Shown: piece by piece, positions 26,696-40,600 of the stretch
How the letters are laid out: every line of letters begins with the position of its first letter
Numbering within the stretch: the stretch's first letter is position 1
Assembly (NCBI GenBank): GCA_017499595.2
Contig: CM039009.1
Coordinates: 372,001 to 436,000 of the forward strand
Length of the DNA stretch: 64,000 nucleotides
Direction: 5' to 3'
Origin: Psilocybe cubensis
Lineage: Eukaryota
Made by a program: the position numbers and the translations under genes
The notes under the pieces: model-generated
The model's input: only the letters and a program-made list of their open reading frames with translations
Database searches by the model: none
What the model was told of the DNA's origin: nothing

Positions 26696-29600
26696 TCAAA
26701 ACCTATTCCAGCTCCTGGCAGGAGTAGCATCCGGCAGCACGCCCGCATCATCCGCCTTCAAGTGTGCGCTGCGGTTCGCGTTCGCATACGCATCGGGTAT
26801 TCTTGGTACAGGAGGGATATAATCAGACTTGGCTCCCCCTCCACCGCGCCTAGCCTCCTTCGCCAGCATCTCCTCGACCTGCCTGACGAGCCTCTCCCGC
26901 GTCTCGCCGCTAGCATCGGCATCGAGCATGCTCGCCCGGCTGTATATGCTCCCGCTCCATCGACTCATGCGGTCTCCGACCGTCAGAGAGTCGTCAAACG
27001 TATATTGTGACTCGCGGTTGTACATCAGGTCCGCGGTCGTGGATACAGTTGACCGCCCCTGGGCGTGCGTTCGCGAGTCCGCATATGCACCTGTGGGCGT
27101 CAGAGGGTCGCGGTCAGCTTCGGTGCTGGATGTTGCGTCGAGGCTGTTCTTGCTGCTGCTGTCGTTGTTGCTGCCCTTGAGCATTTCAGGCGAATGACTG
27201 CGCCCCAGTGCACGTTCGGGGAGCACACGATCACTGCCCTCGGACCTGCGGCCTTCAAATCTGTCCAGTACACCCTTTAGATCCTCAGCCGACTCATCCA
27301 GATCGTCATCTTCCTCGTGGACACCATCGTATGCACCCACCTCTTCCGCATCGCTGTCGCCATCATCATCATCCTGCCATTGACTCCGCTCCTTTGGCAT
27401 CCCCGTAGCTGTATCTGTATTGATCCAGCTCAACTCGTCCCGGAAGCGCGCATGGCGCTCCGTGGGTCCATCCACATCATCAAACCCTCTGTCCCTCCGC
27501 ACGCGCTCAGGACTCACAGCCGCAACGGGTGGTACCTGGCCAGGCGGGTACAAATCGCGGTACCGCCTCGTGCCTGTGAGAGGCATCGGCGACGACGGCG
27601 GGACAGGCCGCGAGGGGAAAGGTGATTCCTTCCCGCGTTGGATGTTCGCCTGCGTCTGCAGAAAGTCAGGAGGGAGCTGGCGTGGTGTGCGGTCGATCAC
27701 GCGCTGGCGGAGGACGGCGGCAGAGGGGAATCCTCCTGGGTTTAGATTGCCAGCCGCGCTGGTGTTGGCGGAACCAGTTGTATTTGAAGAACAAGATGCT
27801 TGTGCTGGCAGTGTAGGAAGCGGTCCCATGGGCGGAGGACTGGGGGGTGGAATATCGTAATATGCCAAGACGTTGGGACTAGGAAGACCAGAGTTTCTGT
27901 GAGACGGACCACTGTACTCTTGTGAGTTAACGGTCAACTGGGACTGGTCGACAGCTGTGATTGGATGAGATATAAAAGTATTAAGAGATGGGCTAGTAGG
28001 AAGGCCAACAGGCGAACGTGAGCGTAGTCTGCTGGTGGGACTTCCTGGTACACCCGACGACGCGTAAGGTTGAGGTGGAAGACCGAGTGTAGGCGACGAA
28101 ACCGCTGAGCGTAACGGTGTGCTCATCATTGGCGAGATGGGGGATATCGGCATAGGCGAAACAGAGTTCTCGCGCGAGGTGTAGCCCATATTCTCGAGAC
28201 TAGGCCGTACTCGCAAGCCTCCTTTGGCGATATGTAATGGAGAAACCGGAGGCGAGTTCATTGGAGAAACGCCTCTGCTCGGAAGAGGAGACAAGGAACG
28301 TGTATTCGGATATGAGATGGAAGGGGGTTTCAGGTGATTGGGACCGGATGAGACCCCTGCAGAGTTTGGAGGAGACGGTATGGTTCCATTGACTGGTGAA
28401 AAGGGTCGTTCGGTCGTATGGTTTGATGTGAGCGTGGAATGACTCCCGCTTCCATGACCATGCCCATGTCCGCTACTACTTGGCGGAGGAGAGAATTGGC
28501 CTGCCTGCCTTCTAGAATTTGAAGAAGACGACTCTGAAGACGAATGTGAGGTTCGATCTCCAACAGGTGCTATAGGCGAAGGTGGGATGACTCTCGAAAG
28601 AGGCACAACCTCTGCACTGATGGGAGATGGAGGAGCAAATGACTGAAAGGCAAGTGGTGGAAGAGGCGTTGAAGAACCTTCGGCCTTACCAGAAGTCGAA
28701 GAAGATAATAAAGCAAGAGGAGGATTTGTTGTCGAATTTTCAGCCGTCGTTGGATTGCCCAGTGTTGTGGCAAACCGCTCAGCGATCGGCAGAGGTACCA
28801 CTTCTTTAGGTATCGGCGGCATCGGCATCGCCGGCACAGCTTCCGTGCGCAAATCGGGACGCGAGGCTTTGTTTGACAACTTGAAAAATCTTGTCTTTGA
28901 CTTTTTGACAGCGCCGTCAGTTTCGTAGCCTCCCGTGATATCTTCAGACGGCACTTTGGATTTCGATTTCTTGTCTTTGCCTTTCTTGCCACTAGACAAT
29001 ATACCGCCGCCGTCTGTGTCGTATCCCTTTTCGCCGTCTTTGCTCTCTGATTTTTTCGAGGATTTGACGGCTGATATCAGGCTCTTTTTCTTCTTCCTCT
29101 CGCCGCCTTCCGGTATCTCTTTCTTCGCCTCTTTCGCGCGCTTCTTCGCTTCCTTCGGTGTCTCCATACTCGGGAACGCAATGGCATCCACTTTCTTTTT
29201 TTCTTTCTTTCCCGCAGCCTCACTAATGTAGCCGCCATCACTTTCATACCCATCGCCTCTGTGCTTCTTCTTTAATTTCCTGGGCGCAGGTATAACCGGC
29301 TGTGGAGGTACAGGAATATCCGGGAAAGCCATAGTATTGCTGCTTGCAAAGCTGCTGTCAAAACCTGTCGATGGTGATGCGGATTCGGATTCGGATTCGT
29401 TGATACGCAACATACCGTCCAACCTGGGTGCCGGCTTCGCGTAATTGGAAGGGGCGCCTGCGCCGGAGAACTTTGAAGATGAAGTGGAAGATGAGGGCGT
29501 GAGTGCCGAAGAGGAGGACTCCTCGGAGGTCGCAGAGGAGCCATACGTCAAGCTTGGAGAAGATGTGTGATCCTATTGGGCATGCGTCAGTGGGTTGCAA

Positions 29601-30180
29601 CATTTCCAAACCGAGAGGAGATAGAATGAAGAAAGAGTGGTAAATTGAACGTAATAGTGGGGATAGACTGTGTCAAACTCCCTCTAAACCGAGAGACGGA
29701 AAGGTTCATGATGAGTACTCCGATCAAAGAGCGTAACCAGTATCGTAAGTCCAAGCGTGTCCCAAGTAGTGTGGGATTCATGACTTCCAGACTTTCATTT
29801 TGTTAAATGAAAGTGACTAGAGCGTGTAGATGCGAGGGAAACCATGCCATACATGGCCCAGATCCCATTGTGGATGTGCGAGAGCGAACGATTTGCGAGA
29901 AAAGGGACGAAAAAAGAGCGTCCAAGTGCACGAAACAAAGTGGCAATTCTGACCAAACCGAACGCACCTCTTCTTCGTCCTCTTCGGCCAGAGGGTTATT
30001 GAACATCCAGTCCGTAACAAGAGAATTGCTGCCTATCCCCAGTTCGAGTGCAGCATCAAGCACGGAGGCCCTGAGCGCATTTGATTCGCGAGCGTTAGGT
30101 TGCGAAGACCCGGCTGGCCTGGGTAGCTGCTGGCGCGGTACGGCAGCCTGAGGCTTAGGAAAGGTGAAAGACGTGTTCAT
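26696..30180 (-). CDS. Large Ser/Pro-rich, mostly disordered hypothetical protein (2 exons)
   Basis: Exon 1 MNTSFTFP...EEDEEE splices over a ~0.4 kb GT-AG intron to DHTSSPSLTYG and into the 951-aa ORF. Three GY(E/D)(S/T)DG motifs and Lys-rich tracts. Confidence 0.8.
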
Positions 30181-31992
30181 CTAGGTTCTAACAATCCAAA
30201 CACGCGCTGGAAAGTGTTCCTGAACCTTTCGAGGGCAGAAGTTGGCGTTCCCGAAGAAAACCACCTGCGCAATGGTATGTCGGTAGGGAAAAACGTAAAT
30301 AGGAGAGAGTGTGTCGGTGAAAAGGATCGTATGAATTCACTGGATAGCTGAAAGCATATCCCGGTAAATACGGTTGGTCTTGACCTAACGAAAGGGCAGC
30401 GGGACCACAAGCAGAGGAGATGACGGTAAAAGACAAAGAAACGCAGCAAAGCTTCTCGAGAACGCCGAGATGCTACTTTGTGTCACGTGAAAAGGTACGC
30501 GTTAATATGTCCCTTGTCTTTCGGTGCCTTCTATTTTTTGACCACGGTTTTAGGTTTTTTGGGAACTTCCTTGACATTCTCGTCTCCAGGGCGTGTCATA
30601 TTTCGGTCTAACCAGATGTGTCGCCGTGCATGATGTTTTTATCAGACTATCGAATTGAACTCAACTACCTTTGGGATCGTCACCTTGACGATAACATTTC
30701 CAAGTTCTCTCACGTAGGAAACGATGACCATGTCTATGACACGCCCAGCGTCATCATCAGCGCTGATTCTTGTAGGAGCGACTCCGAGTCCCCGACGGAA
30801 TTGTAATGAGCACAGGGTATGGATAACTGCCAGACCACACAGACGGCTTTCCCTTTATTACATCCGTGCTTCTTTTAACAAGGATACCTTCTCATGGAGC
30901 CGTCTTTTGTTCTAATTTCTTCGGAGGCTATTCAACGTGATGTCTCTGGGTATACTGCCCCTGGGTGCGATGTAGGTGAGCATGTAATGATATATGTTCT
31001 ACGATTCGACAGGCAATGCGACCGACTATAGGGTCGTTATATCGCACTCAGTGATGGAGATCACCGTGCCTCAAACGAGCTTTGAACGCGTTGCATGCCT
31101 TTGGAAGTATCTTAAAGCCTGAGAAACACGGTTTGCCTCACAGAAATATATTTGTATGTTGCAATCTATATGCCAATAATCATTACATATTGGTTTGTCC
31201 GCCTCTTGGTACCCGGGATTTGACTTCAAATCCATATACCGCAGTTAGGCAGATATCTTGCGTTCCTGAACGACTGATCCGTTTCTTGCGTAGAATGAGG
31301 TTTTACCTTTGGAGATTGAAATTGAACCATCCAAATCTTGATTATCTTACTATTCGCATAGCCAAAGGTAAGCTTGTATCCTAGTAGCAGCCACCATTGC
31401 ATCTGCATCGACTGATGACCCTCCGCCAGCTGTGCTACCCACCCTGAGAAAAAAATCTGAGAGTGAATTTCCAGACATCTTTGAAATGGTGTATATTCCT
31501 GTACGTATTTGTTTCCGTCATGACCGATATCATCTATTGATTATGGAACTCTACATAAACATATCATACTGATTGTTGCCTCCAGTTGTACCAGATGATC
31601 GATGATTACTTTCAGGATAGGTTTTGTTTTAAAGGGAACTTGCCCAACAAACCTTAAGTCCCTTTACCTTCCATATATAGTAGTCTATCTAAGCATGTGT
31701 GAATCGCCGACTCAAAATGGATCAAACATATCCTGGAGTTACAAAATGGTCAAATGCCTTGAAATTAATTATTAGGACAACTGGGAATCTTGTACAATAT
31801 TTATGACATTTTTGCAATAACATATTTCTCCCCACCTACCGAGACTGTGTTCTAAAGTCGCAATGGAACGACAGCCACTTTGAACCTACTTCTTTGCCGG
31901 TTTCCGGCACGATAAATCTAATTCCCGCCAAATTGAGGCTCCACTGTGTGACTATTGTGACTGTATACGTAACTTGAGTCACAGTGTATTAC

Positions 31993-32762
31993 GAGAGCGT
32001 CGGATCGACTGGGAGCGAGGGCCAAATGGACCTGGACCTGGACCTGGACTTGGCCCTCACATGAATCTGGGAATATTTGTCAGATTTTCCCAAGGTCCAA
32101 GGCAAGGTCCATCGTAGGTGTTATTTTAGTGTTACCTTTGCCCGTCATTGCCATTGTGTTTGTGCCACAGCTGACAGAATCTGATAAATAACCAGTAAAT
32201 TACCACTGAATTTAAAAAATTGGATTAAGTAGCTTCTCTAACTCATTATAAACTAGCATGGTACTATGGCATTAATTTTCTAAGTAATCCAAGTAACTCC
32301 CTATATAAATTTGATATAACATTGATCATTCTGAAGAGCCCTAGTATTGTTTAAAGCACTAGAGATTTGGTCAATATTCATAAATATCTAAACAATAATT
32401 CTTCTGGTGATAGAGAACCATTTAAATCTTTTTGAGCAATGCACCACCACAAATGATGTTAAATGCAGTTGAATGAGTCTCAATATGCCGCAAATATTCC
32501 AAGTTCAAGCTGAGTTTCGGCTGAGTTTTCGAGTTTGATCCAATCAGGTGACTCATCCCACAGGTTCCCCTTAAGCTCCATGTTTGTCACTCATGGTACA
32601 ACAACAGGAATATATGTGGAACATATCTAGTCCACTGGAGGTTTACACAAAGGCCATATGTGGGCCACGGTGAGATTTTATCTCGGTCAAGCCCCGAAGT
32701 CCAAGTCCAAGTCTGGGCCACGGTCCATGTTGGACCTGTGACCCAGTCGATCCGACTTTCTG
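31993..32762. mobile_element. hAT-like MITE (770 bp)
   Basis: Perfect 15-bp TIR core GTCGGATCGACTGGG / CCCAGTCGATCCGAC. TSD TGTATTAC at 31985-31992 and 32763-32770 (also readable as 9-bp GTGTATTAC). Subterminal TGGAC(C/T) hexamer arrays, inverted at the two ends. AT-rich non-coding interior. Confidence 0.88.
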
Positions 32763-34606
32763 TGTATTACCGCCATGTGATCGCGACAGACAATCAACGT
32801 AACTCTCAGTTTACATCCGATACATCTAGTACTTTTTTTTTCTAAAGCTGTTCGTTTTCAGAGGAGAAGAGAGCTATTCCTCTACCAGACACGCTCATTC
32901 TCTCTTCTCATAACTATAACTCGCGGTCATCTTGTATACCAATGCAGTCAGGTATGTGGGGCCAGTGTTGCTCCTAAGGGTACATGGCCAATTTTGCACT
33001 TGCTTTCCTGTAGAACAATTCGGCTGCGCTCTAGGATGTCATTTTGTCGTTCGGTAGAAAGGCTCTCCATGCACTACATATCTTGGTAGCGTTCTGGTGA
33101 GTAGAATGGCCTATGTTCAACTACAGACCCATGGTATTTATGCGACCATGTATCATTCAGTAGAGGAAAGTCAAGATATTCACGTCAATGCCCCGTTGCC
33201 GGGTTGATTTCTAAATTAAATCCAATATCGTTAGGTATGTATAGCCGCTCACACAATCTGCTTCCAACTGCTCAAAAAACTCCCAGACCTGGCTAAACCC
33301 CATGACCCTCTTTCCTAACACAAACGACATGTTGTAGGCATATCTAGGGATGTTAAAGCTAGTGCCCGAAGAGTATCGCAGGGATGATGCTCGAGAAAGC
33401 ATTTCAGGCGCCGTAGATTGCACACATTTTGGAATAGCCAATTTGGTATTGGTTTGGGCAGAAAAGTACGTATTATATATTTAACGACTCAGGAAGAAGA
33501 TGACAATGTGCAATAGTGGGATCTCTACATCTATGAATATAGAGTCTCTCTTATCGGATGGAACGTATGCTGGAGTTTTTGGAGTTTAAACTACTCGATC
33601 AGCAGTAGATATTACCCCCCTTTGGTCTCGCAAGTCAAGATAGGAGTTGGTATCGGGTTTGATGGAGGTCCTGTGACGATTATCTCTCTATTTTCTTTGC
33701 GGATGGTCAAATTGGGTCAATGGAGGCTTACTTGACCTTGAGCTTCTATCCACATTGTTGGAATCTCTTTATTATCCCGCGCGACAAGCAATCGAAGTGC
33801 TGAGACAAGATGCACAAGTGAGTCATTTACCTTCTCACGCTAATGTATTTAATGTGTATCTAAAGGCCTAGCCAAAGATACATGCTTGCTTTATCAGTGA
33901 TTTGGGTGCAGTACATCCACGACGGCTCTATATACCACGCGGAAAATGCTCAGGGCTTTCAGTAGGAAAATCCTTCTAATAGCCGGATTTACCAGCGTGC
34001 CGATACGGTGACCATTTTCCGGAGCTATCTTCTGAGGGCATCTGCTAGCAGAAATACCCTGACGTACAATGTCACAAATACGAGCCTGCGAAAGTTTCCC
34101 ACCTCATCTGATTAGTGCTAAATTGCGCATATATCAGTGGAAAAATGGTTCTCTTCTTCAAGACGGCGCATGTGTGCAGGAGGTCCGGGACAAACCTTCG
34201 CGTATGGGAATCGTTTGAAAATCCACTAGCCCCTGCGGAAAATGGAGTCGATACGATTGTCGAATGGATTGCAATCGTGCTGTGAATCGCGCAACCGCTA
34301 TGTGCCTTTCGGCTTGCATTTCATACACTCTGTGAGGTGCTCGGCAGGCTTTATTTTCTCAAAAGATATAAATAGGAAACGCTTCTCGGAGTACAGGCTA
34401 TGCAATGCCCTTCCGGACCGCTGTTATTTAATTCGGCCGTCAATGATTTTAACTGATAAGAGGTTCAGAATCATCTCAAACACCCCGCACTTCTTAGGTT
34501 GCTTTAATCCAGGCTGCGAGTTTGGGCTGCGTAAGTCATGTCATGGTATGCTGTAGACGTCAACTCATTGTCTAGTATTTTAGTAGCAGTTTAACATTTG
34601 GGGCCA

Positions 34607-37600
34607 ATGTCTTACGACAAAAGTTTGCTGGAAACATTTATCTCGTTTGCCAGAAATTCATCCACAGTCGAACGCCCCGTCCTGGAATGTGGTTTAGATC
34701 AATGGACATATGGCGATCTAGATGCAATTTCTAGCGGCATCGCTCTGCAGTTATATAAACGATACGGCTCCAAACCGACAGTCGCGGTGGTCAGTGAGAA
34801 CCACCCTTACATCCTCGCTGCCCTTTTGGCTACTTGGAAACTAAATGGGATCTTTGTGCCGTTGGATCCCCACGCCCCTCTGCCTATGATTAGGCAAATG
34901 CTCTTGAATGTTGAAGCAACATGTGTCATAATACCGGAGCGTGAAATCGGCCTCGCTGATTTGCTGAAAGGTGATTTTTTCTCTCTTCTAAGCTTCTTAT
35001 ATTTCTTGAACAATGCTGCAGAATTGAACAAAGGGGCAGTGATTATTGCAAAGGATATGACTATGGTTTCACTCTCCCAACAATTTTTGGACCAAGATGC
35101 AGTTTTACCCCCCTCAATATTCCCTCTCCCTAAATTGACGTCTATGGCCATGTATATTCACACGTCTTCAGCGACATCCGTGGCCAATCTTAAATGTGTT
35201 CAATGGACACACATGATGCTCTCAATAGGCACTGGCTCAGTGGCTATGTGGCTTCATCGAGCCTGGCCCAACGTTGATTTCGATATGGCAAGAATTCTCG
35301 GAGTTTCGCCTTGGAGTCATGCGATGGGATATTTAATCGACATTGGCGGCGGGACCTTTCACACAGGAGGATGTCTCATTATGGCTTCTCCACCCTCCGA
35401 ATATCCCAGTAGCTTGATATATGAAGATCGCGTGAGAAGTATTCTGGGGAAACCTGCATCCGAGATGGATGTCCTGGATCGGCTTTTGGAGACGGCTCTC
35501 CGTTCTAAACCTGATATATTTGCTTGTGTGCCCTGGGTACTAGAAGGTTTCAAAGACAGATACCAAGAATTGTTGGCAAGGAATATGCAAGGAGAAGCCC
35601 TCAGAGTCAAGGAGATGTTGCAACGATTCAGGTGTTTAGGAGTTGGAGGAGCAGCACCCAGTCACGAGCTTCTTCTGTGGGCGGGTGAATTGAACATAAA
35701 AATTGTAGATATGATGGGCATGACTGAAATGGCTCGTAAGTCTTCTCTATACTCTGGTTTTGAATCAAATTATGCATTTATATTCTCCTGTAGGACCTTT
35801 GTTCTTCACGTGGATCGACCATCAGAAGGACCCCGAGGAAAATGCCGGGTATCCATCGGAAGATTGTCTCATAGACGATGCAACTATTGTTTTGCTCGAC
35901 GATGAAGGCAACGAAAATCCAAGCGGTATGTCACATTTAGCATGCTTTCATTATTTGCATGGCATTAATGGGGTCAGAGGGCGAGTTTGTTATAACAAGC
36001 AAAGATTTTACACGCTGCTACCTCAAATACGATAATTCCTGCTTCACCGACTCCGCTGATGGGCGAATCACATTCAGAACAGGAGATCTGTATGAAAGAA
36101 ACCGTTTTGGAAGGTTTGTATGGAAAGGAAGGAAGGAGGATTACATCCAGGTACTCATCTCCTTCCCTAAATTTTTAAATAATGATTTTGAGGAATGCAG
36201 CTGGTCTCCGGTGAATCCTTAGACCCTCGACCAATCGAGAAGGCCCTTCAAACATGTTCGGCAATCGCGCATTGCTGTGTTGTAGGGAACAATTTTTTGA
36301 GAAAATCTTCCGATGTTATATGTCTCATCATCCAACCATCATCCACCTTGGTTCATACCGGGAAAGCGAAATTGTCATCGGAGGATCTGAGTGAGATTAC
36401 TCGTACTCTAGCCTCTATAAATAGGTCTCTGTTGCCGCCTTTGCGAATCGCCTGGTCAAGGGTCGGCATTTTGGACAACGGCGTCGTTATACCATACACC
36501 AAAAAGGGAACGTTGTTCAGAAAGCGATTCCAGGAACTATTCGGGGAATTCATAGAAACTCTACTCCGCAAGGAGTCTAATAACTCTGGCGTTGTTTTCA
36601 GTCAAGATGGTGTAAAGGCTGACAAGGTCGCGCGTAGGTCAGATACAGCCTCAACTTCCGGGCTCTTAAACAGTAATTCGAAGAAAAGCGACTCCACTGC
36701 ATTTAAAGAGCGGGTAGCTGGCTCGTCATCCTCAAGGGAAACAGTTTATGGAGCAGAATTTAATGGTAGATCGAGCAATTGGAAGGTGAAAGAGGCAAAA
36801 CAGTCGGTCGCGGACGTAGTTGGGGGTGTTTTGGGCCTTGATGACAAAACCATGCATGCCAACCTGACCACATCGTTTGCGGAGGTGAATATCTCGTTTT
36901 CTTCTGTGCTCAAACGTCATTCTCACTATTTCATCCTGCTAGCTTGGTATGGACTCAAACATGGCCGTTCGCATTGTCAATAAGATCAATGGTCTTTTTG
37001 GGCTTCAGTTTCCGCTAAACGCTTGCCATAACCTCATCGATTTGAGCATGTTAACGGATGCGACTTTGGTTGAGCTGGGTCTGAAAGATCCAATCAAGCA
37101 GACAATCGAATCAAGAGACTTGCCTCCGCTTCCCAAGTTGGAGGGAGACGATGTGGTCATTGTTGGCCAAGCACTTCGTCTCCCAGGAAATGTCAATACC
37201 CCAAAGTCGTTCTGGGAAGCATTAGTCAATAAACGAGACGACATCATGACTCCTGTACCTGCTGAACGTTGGGATCACTCTTCATTCTACCGCGACCCGG
37301 ACTCCAACTCACCGCCTGAGATTTGTGATATCAGGTTCAAAAAGGCAGGCTTTATCGATTTTACTCATTATGACAACAGCTTTTTTGGCATATCTGGTCC
37401 GGAAGCGTTGCATATCAGCCCCACGTCTAGGTTGGCGCTTGAAACATCGTTCGAAGCCCTTGAGGACGCAAACATACCAATCTCTAAATTGAAGGGGACA
37501 AAAACAGGCGTATTTGTTGGCGCAATGGTAGACGAAGGATTCATCCAACTACTGTTCGAGGAATATGGGTTTGACGGTGCGTGTCGCATTGCTTCCTTCA

Positions 37601-40600
37601 TTTGATATTTGAGTCGAGTACTATGATAGCCTACAATCGCTTTTATGGGACTGGACTTTTCTCAAGTGCCGTATGTGGAAGGCTTAGCTAGTACGTGTCT
37701 TCTTTCAAATTCTAAATTGGAGAGTGAAAAGTCATTTTTGTTAATAGTCTCCTCGACATCCATGGACCTTCTCTTGCAACTGATACCGCCTGCAGTACTG
37801 GTTTAGTGATAGTTGATCAAGGTTCGGAAAGAGTTCATCAAACAAAATGCGCGGAATTAACCCTACTCTAAGCCGTCAAATATATACAATCAGGGGATGG
37901 TGATACAGCTATTGTCACAGCTGTTAATACACACGCCTGGTAAGCACTGGTCTTCTCCTTTGCGTATATCTCAACGTTAATTCAAAAGATGTGGGTAATA
38001 GGCCAGGACAGTTTGGGTAGGTTGCAAAGATTATCTCTTTTCAGCCCCTTTGCTTGTCGTGTGAATATGTTAACCTGATATGTATTAGGTTTATGTCCGC
38101 TCAGAACATGTCTTCTCCGAATTCGCGATGCGCCACATTCACCAATTTGGCTGATGGGTAAATTTGATTCCTTTTGCGAACGATAAGCTGTTCTGACATC
38201 AATTCAGATATGTCCCATCCGAAGCTTCTGTTTCCTTGATTTTGAAATCTAAAAGTGCTGCCATATGTGACCGAGATAACATTCTTGCGGTGATAAAATC
38301 AACAGAGGTTATGCATGGCGGTAGGACTCAAGGCTTAACTGCACCAAGCCTCGATACACAAATTCGCCTCCAACGCTCTCTTCTTGCTAAAGCGGGGTTG
38401 GATCCTTCACATATCCAGTGCGTAACAATTTGCGCTAAAGACATTTATTGACATTTGATATTTTCCTAAAGTCTGCTTGAAACCCATGGGACTGGTTAGT
38501 AGCATTTACTTACTTTAAGCCAATAGGATAAGCAACGATGATATGCTTCTTTAGGGACTATTCTCGGTGATTTGGTTGAGATTCAGGCAATCAATGAGGT
38601 CTTCCGAGGGTCTCATAATGATAAGCCTCTCATACTTGGTGCTGCAAAAACCTGTTTCGGTCACACTGAAATGGCCGCGGGGCTCGTCGGCCTCCTCAAA
38701 ACTGTATACAGTTTTCAAAACGCTGTCGCTCCTGGGTTTGTTCATTTGACCAAGGATAACATGAATCCTTCCATTGATTGCAACATTGTTCCTATACATA
38801 TACCCATCGAAACCACGCCTTTGATTAAAGATGACGTTGATGTTCCTTATCGGGCGCTTGTTCTGTAAGTGACATCAAAGCTTACGTGGATCAACCATAA
38901 CTGACAGTTCGGTTTAGTTCCAATGGCTTCTCTGGAACAATGGCTGGCGTCATTCTTGAACAGACGACCGACAATTTTCAGGCTTCGTTTAATGGAGTCA
39001 ATGATAACTCTGCTGAAGAACACCTGTTAATACCCTTTGTTGTCAGCGCGAAGACTCCAGCTGCATTGGAAAATTATCTGAAGAAGTACCTGGGCTTCTG
39101 TCGAACGGCTTCCGATTCCAATTTCAAGGATATCTGCTATACTGCATGCGTTGGCCGAGAGCATTATCGCCACCGCTTTGCCTGCGTTGTTTCAAACCTG
39201 ACTGACCTTAAGAATCAGCTCGAGGAACGTATCCAATCCCACGAGCACGCACATCATGAGAGCAAATCCGCTACGGGAGGTCGAGTTGCATTTACCTTTC
39301 CCGGTCAAAGTTCACAGTATCAGGGCATGGCCAGCCATCTGGCGAGTTTCTACCCCGATTTTAGAGAGTTAGTAGAGCGCAACGCTACTCTAGCGGATGA
39401 AATGTCTGGCTTTCCCATCAAATCTTTCCTATTAGACAAAGAAACCCTGTACAACCTCACAATCGACGATAGTCGAATTGGCCAGATCTGCATATTCGTT
39501 TATCAGTACTCTATGTCTATCTGGCTCAAAACACTAGGTGTTGAGGCTTCTGCTGCCCTTGGACACAGCTTAGGAGAGATTGCAGCAGTTGGTACGTCGA
39601 AAACGTTTCATGATAATGCCTTTTTGTTAATCACAGATGTAGTCATTGCTGGTACTTTGACTTACAGACAGGGCCTCGAGTTTGTTGTGAGGCGAGCAGA
39701 ACTTCTGTTATCTGACCATGACAAGCCCGGTGGCATGGCCATGATTGCTGCATCAGAGGAGGCTATTACCCATCTTATTAAGCAGTCAGGCTTCCAAAAG
39801 GAGGTCGTCATAGCGGTGTATAATGATTCTGAAAGTCATGTTATATCTGGCGAGCTAACGGCGGTCGAAGAAGTACTGTCTAAAGCCAAACTTGCAGGAT
39901 TACGCGGTACCAAATTAAAGGTTACGCAAGGTATATCTATGTCCAACCAACTAGCATTTAGCTAACATTTTTCAAGGTTTTCATAGTCCAATGATATCTC
40001 GAGCTCTCCCGGATCTTGAAGACTTGACGGCCAAGATGCACCCTTATCAGTCTCGACTGAATATCCCGATCTATTCTACTGTGTACGGTGAAGTCATACC
40101 TGCCGATACGTGCCTTAGTCCTTCCTATTGGGTGCACCATTCCCTTAAAATGGTTCATTTTTGACTTGCTAATATACGCCGTAGGTCGAACACGCTAAGC
40201 AACCAGTTCGACTATCGGAAGCCGCAACAAATCTCCTTATGGACAAAGACGTTGACATCCTCCTCGATGTTGGACCTCAACCCTTCCTACGGACCACTAT
40301 CAAAGCAATTTCATCAGGGAAAGTGTCTCTGGCTACATCCACAAAAACCGGAAATGATCAGATTAGAGCTTATTTGGATGCGCTGACTTCTCTATTTGAA
40401 TGTGGTGTAAATGTGAATCTCGAGAAATTACTTTCAAGGGGTCCTTCATTGGGAAACAAAACGTCCCTTCCTACGTACCCCTTCCAACGGCAGCGTCACT
40501 ATCCGAATATTGTCCCATCCCGGAAAAATGGCCGAATAACATCGAAACCTGCTAATTCTGTCGATGATGCTACTGATATCGAGGACGCCATCCAGGAGGC

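Noticed and set aside
30720-30800. SAD.LVGA resembling the FAD-monooxygenase (H3H) DG motif
   Set aside because: Single short match across a frameshift, with no GxGxxG or GDAAH motif nearby.
32028-32052. Short GGACCT array as a CRISPR or satellite
   Set aside because: It is the subterminal repeat of the MITE; no spacers, and the context is eukaryotic.
32940-33170. Luciferase-like peptide scraps (VG.SVAP, GYM...LAFL, EQFG.A, RPCIIQ) upstream of the PKS
   Set aside because: They need several frameshifts and the spacing does not fit; matches this short are expected by chance. Only a frameshift-aware profile search could rescue them.
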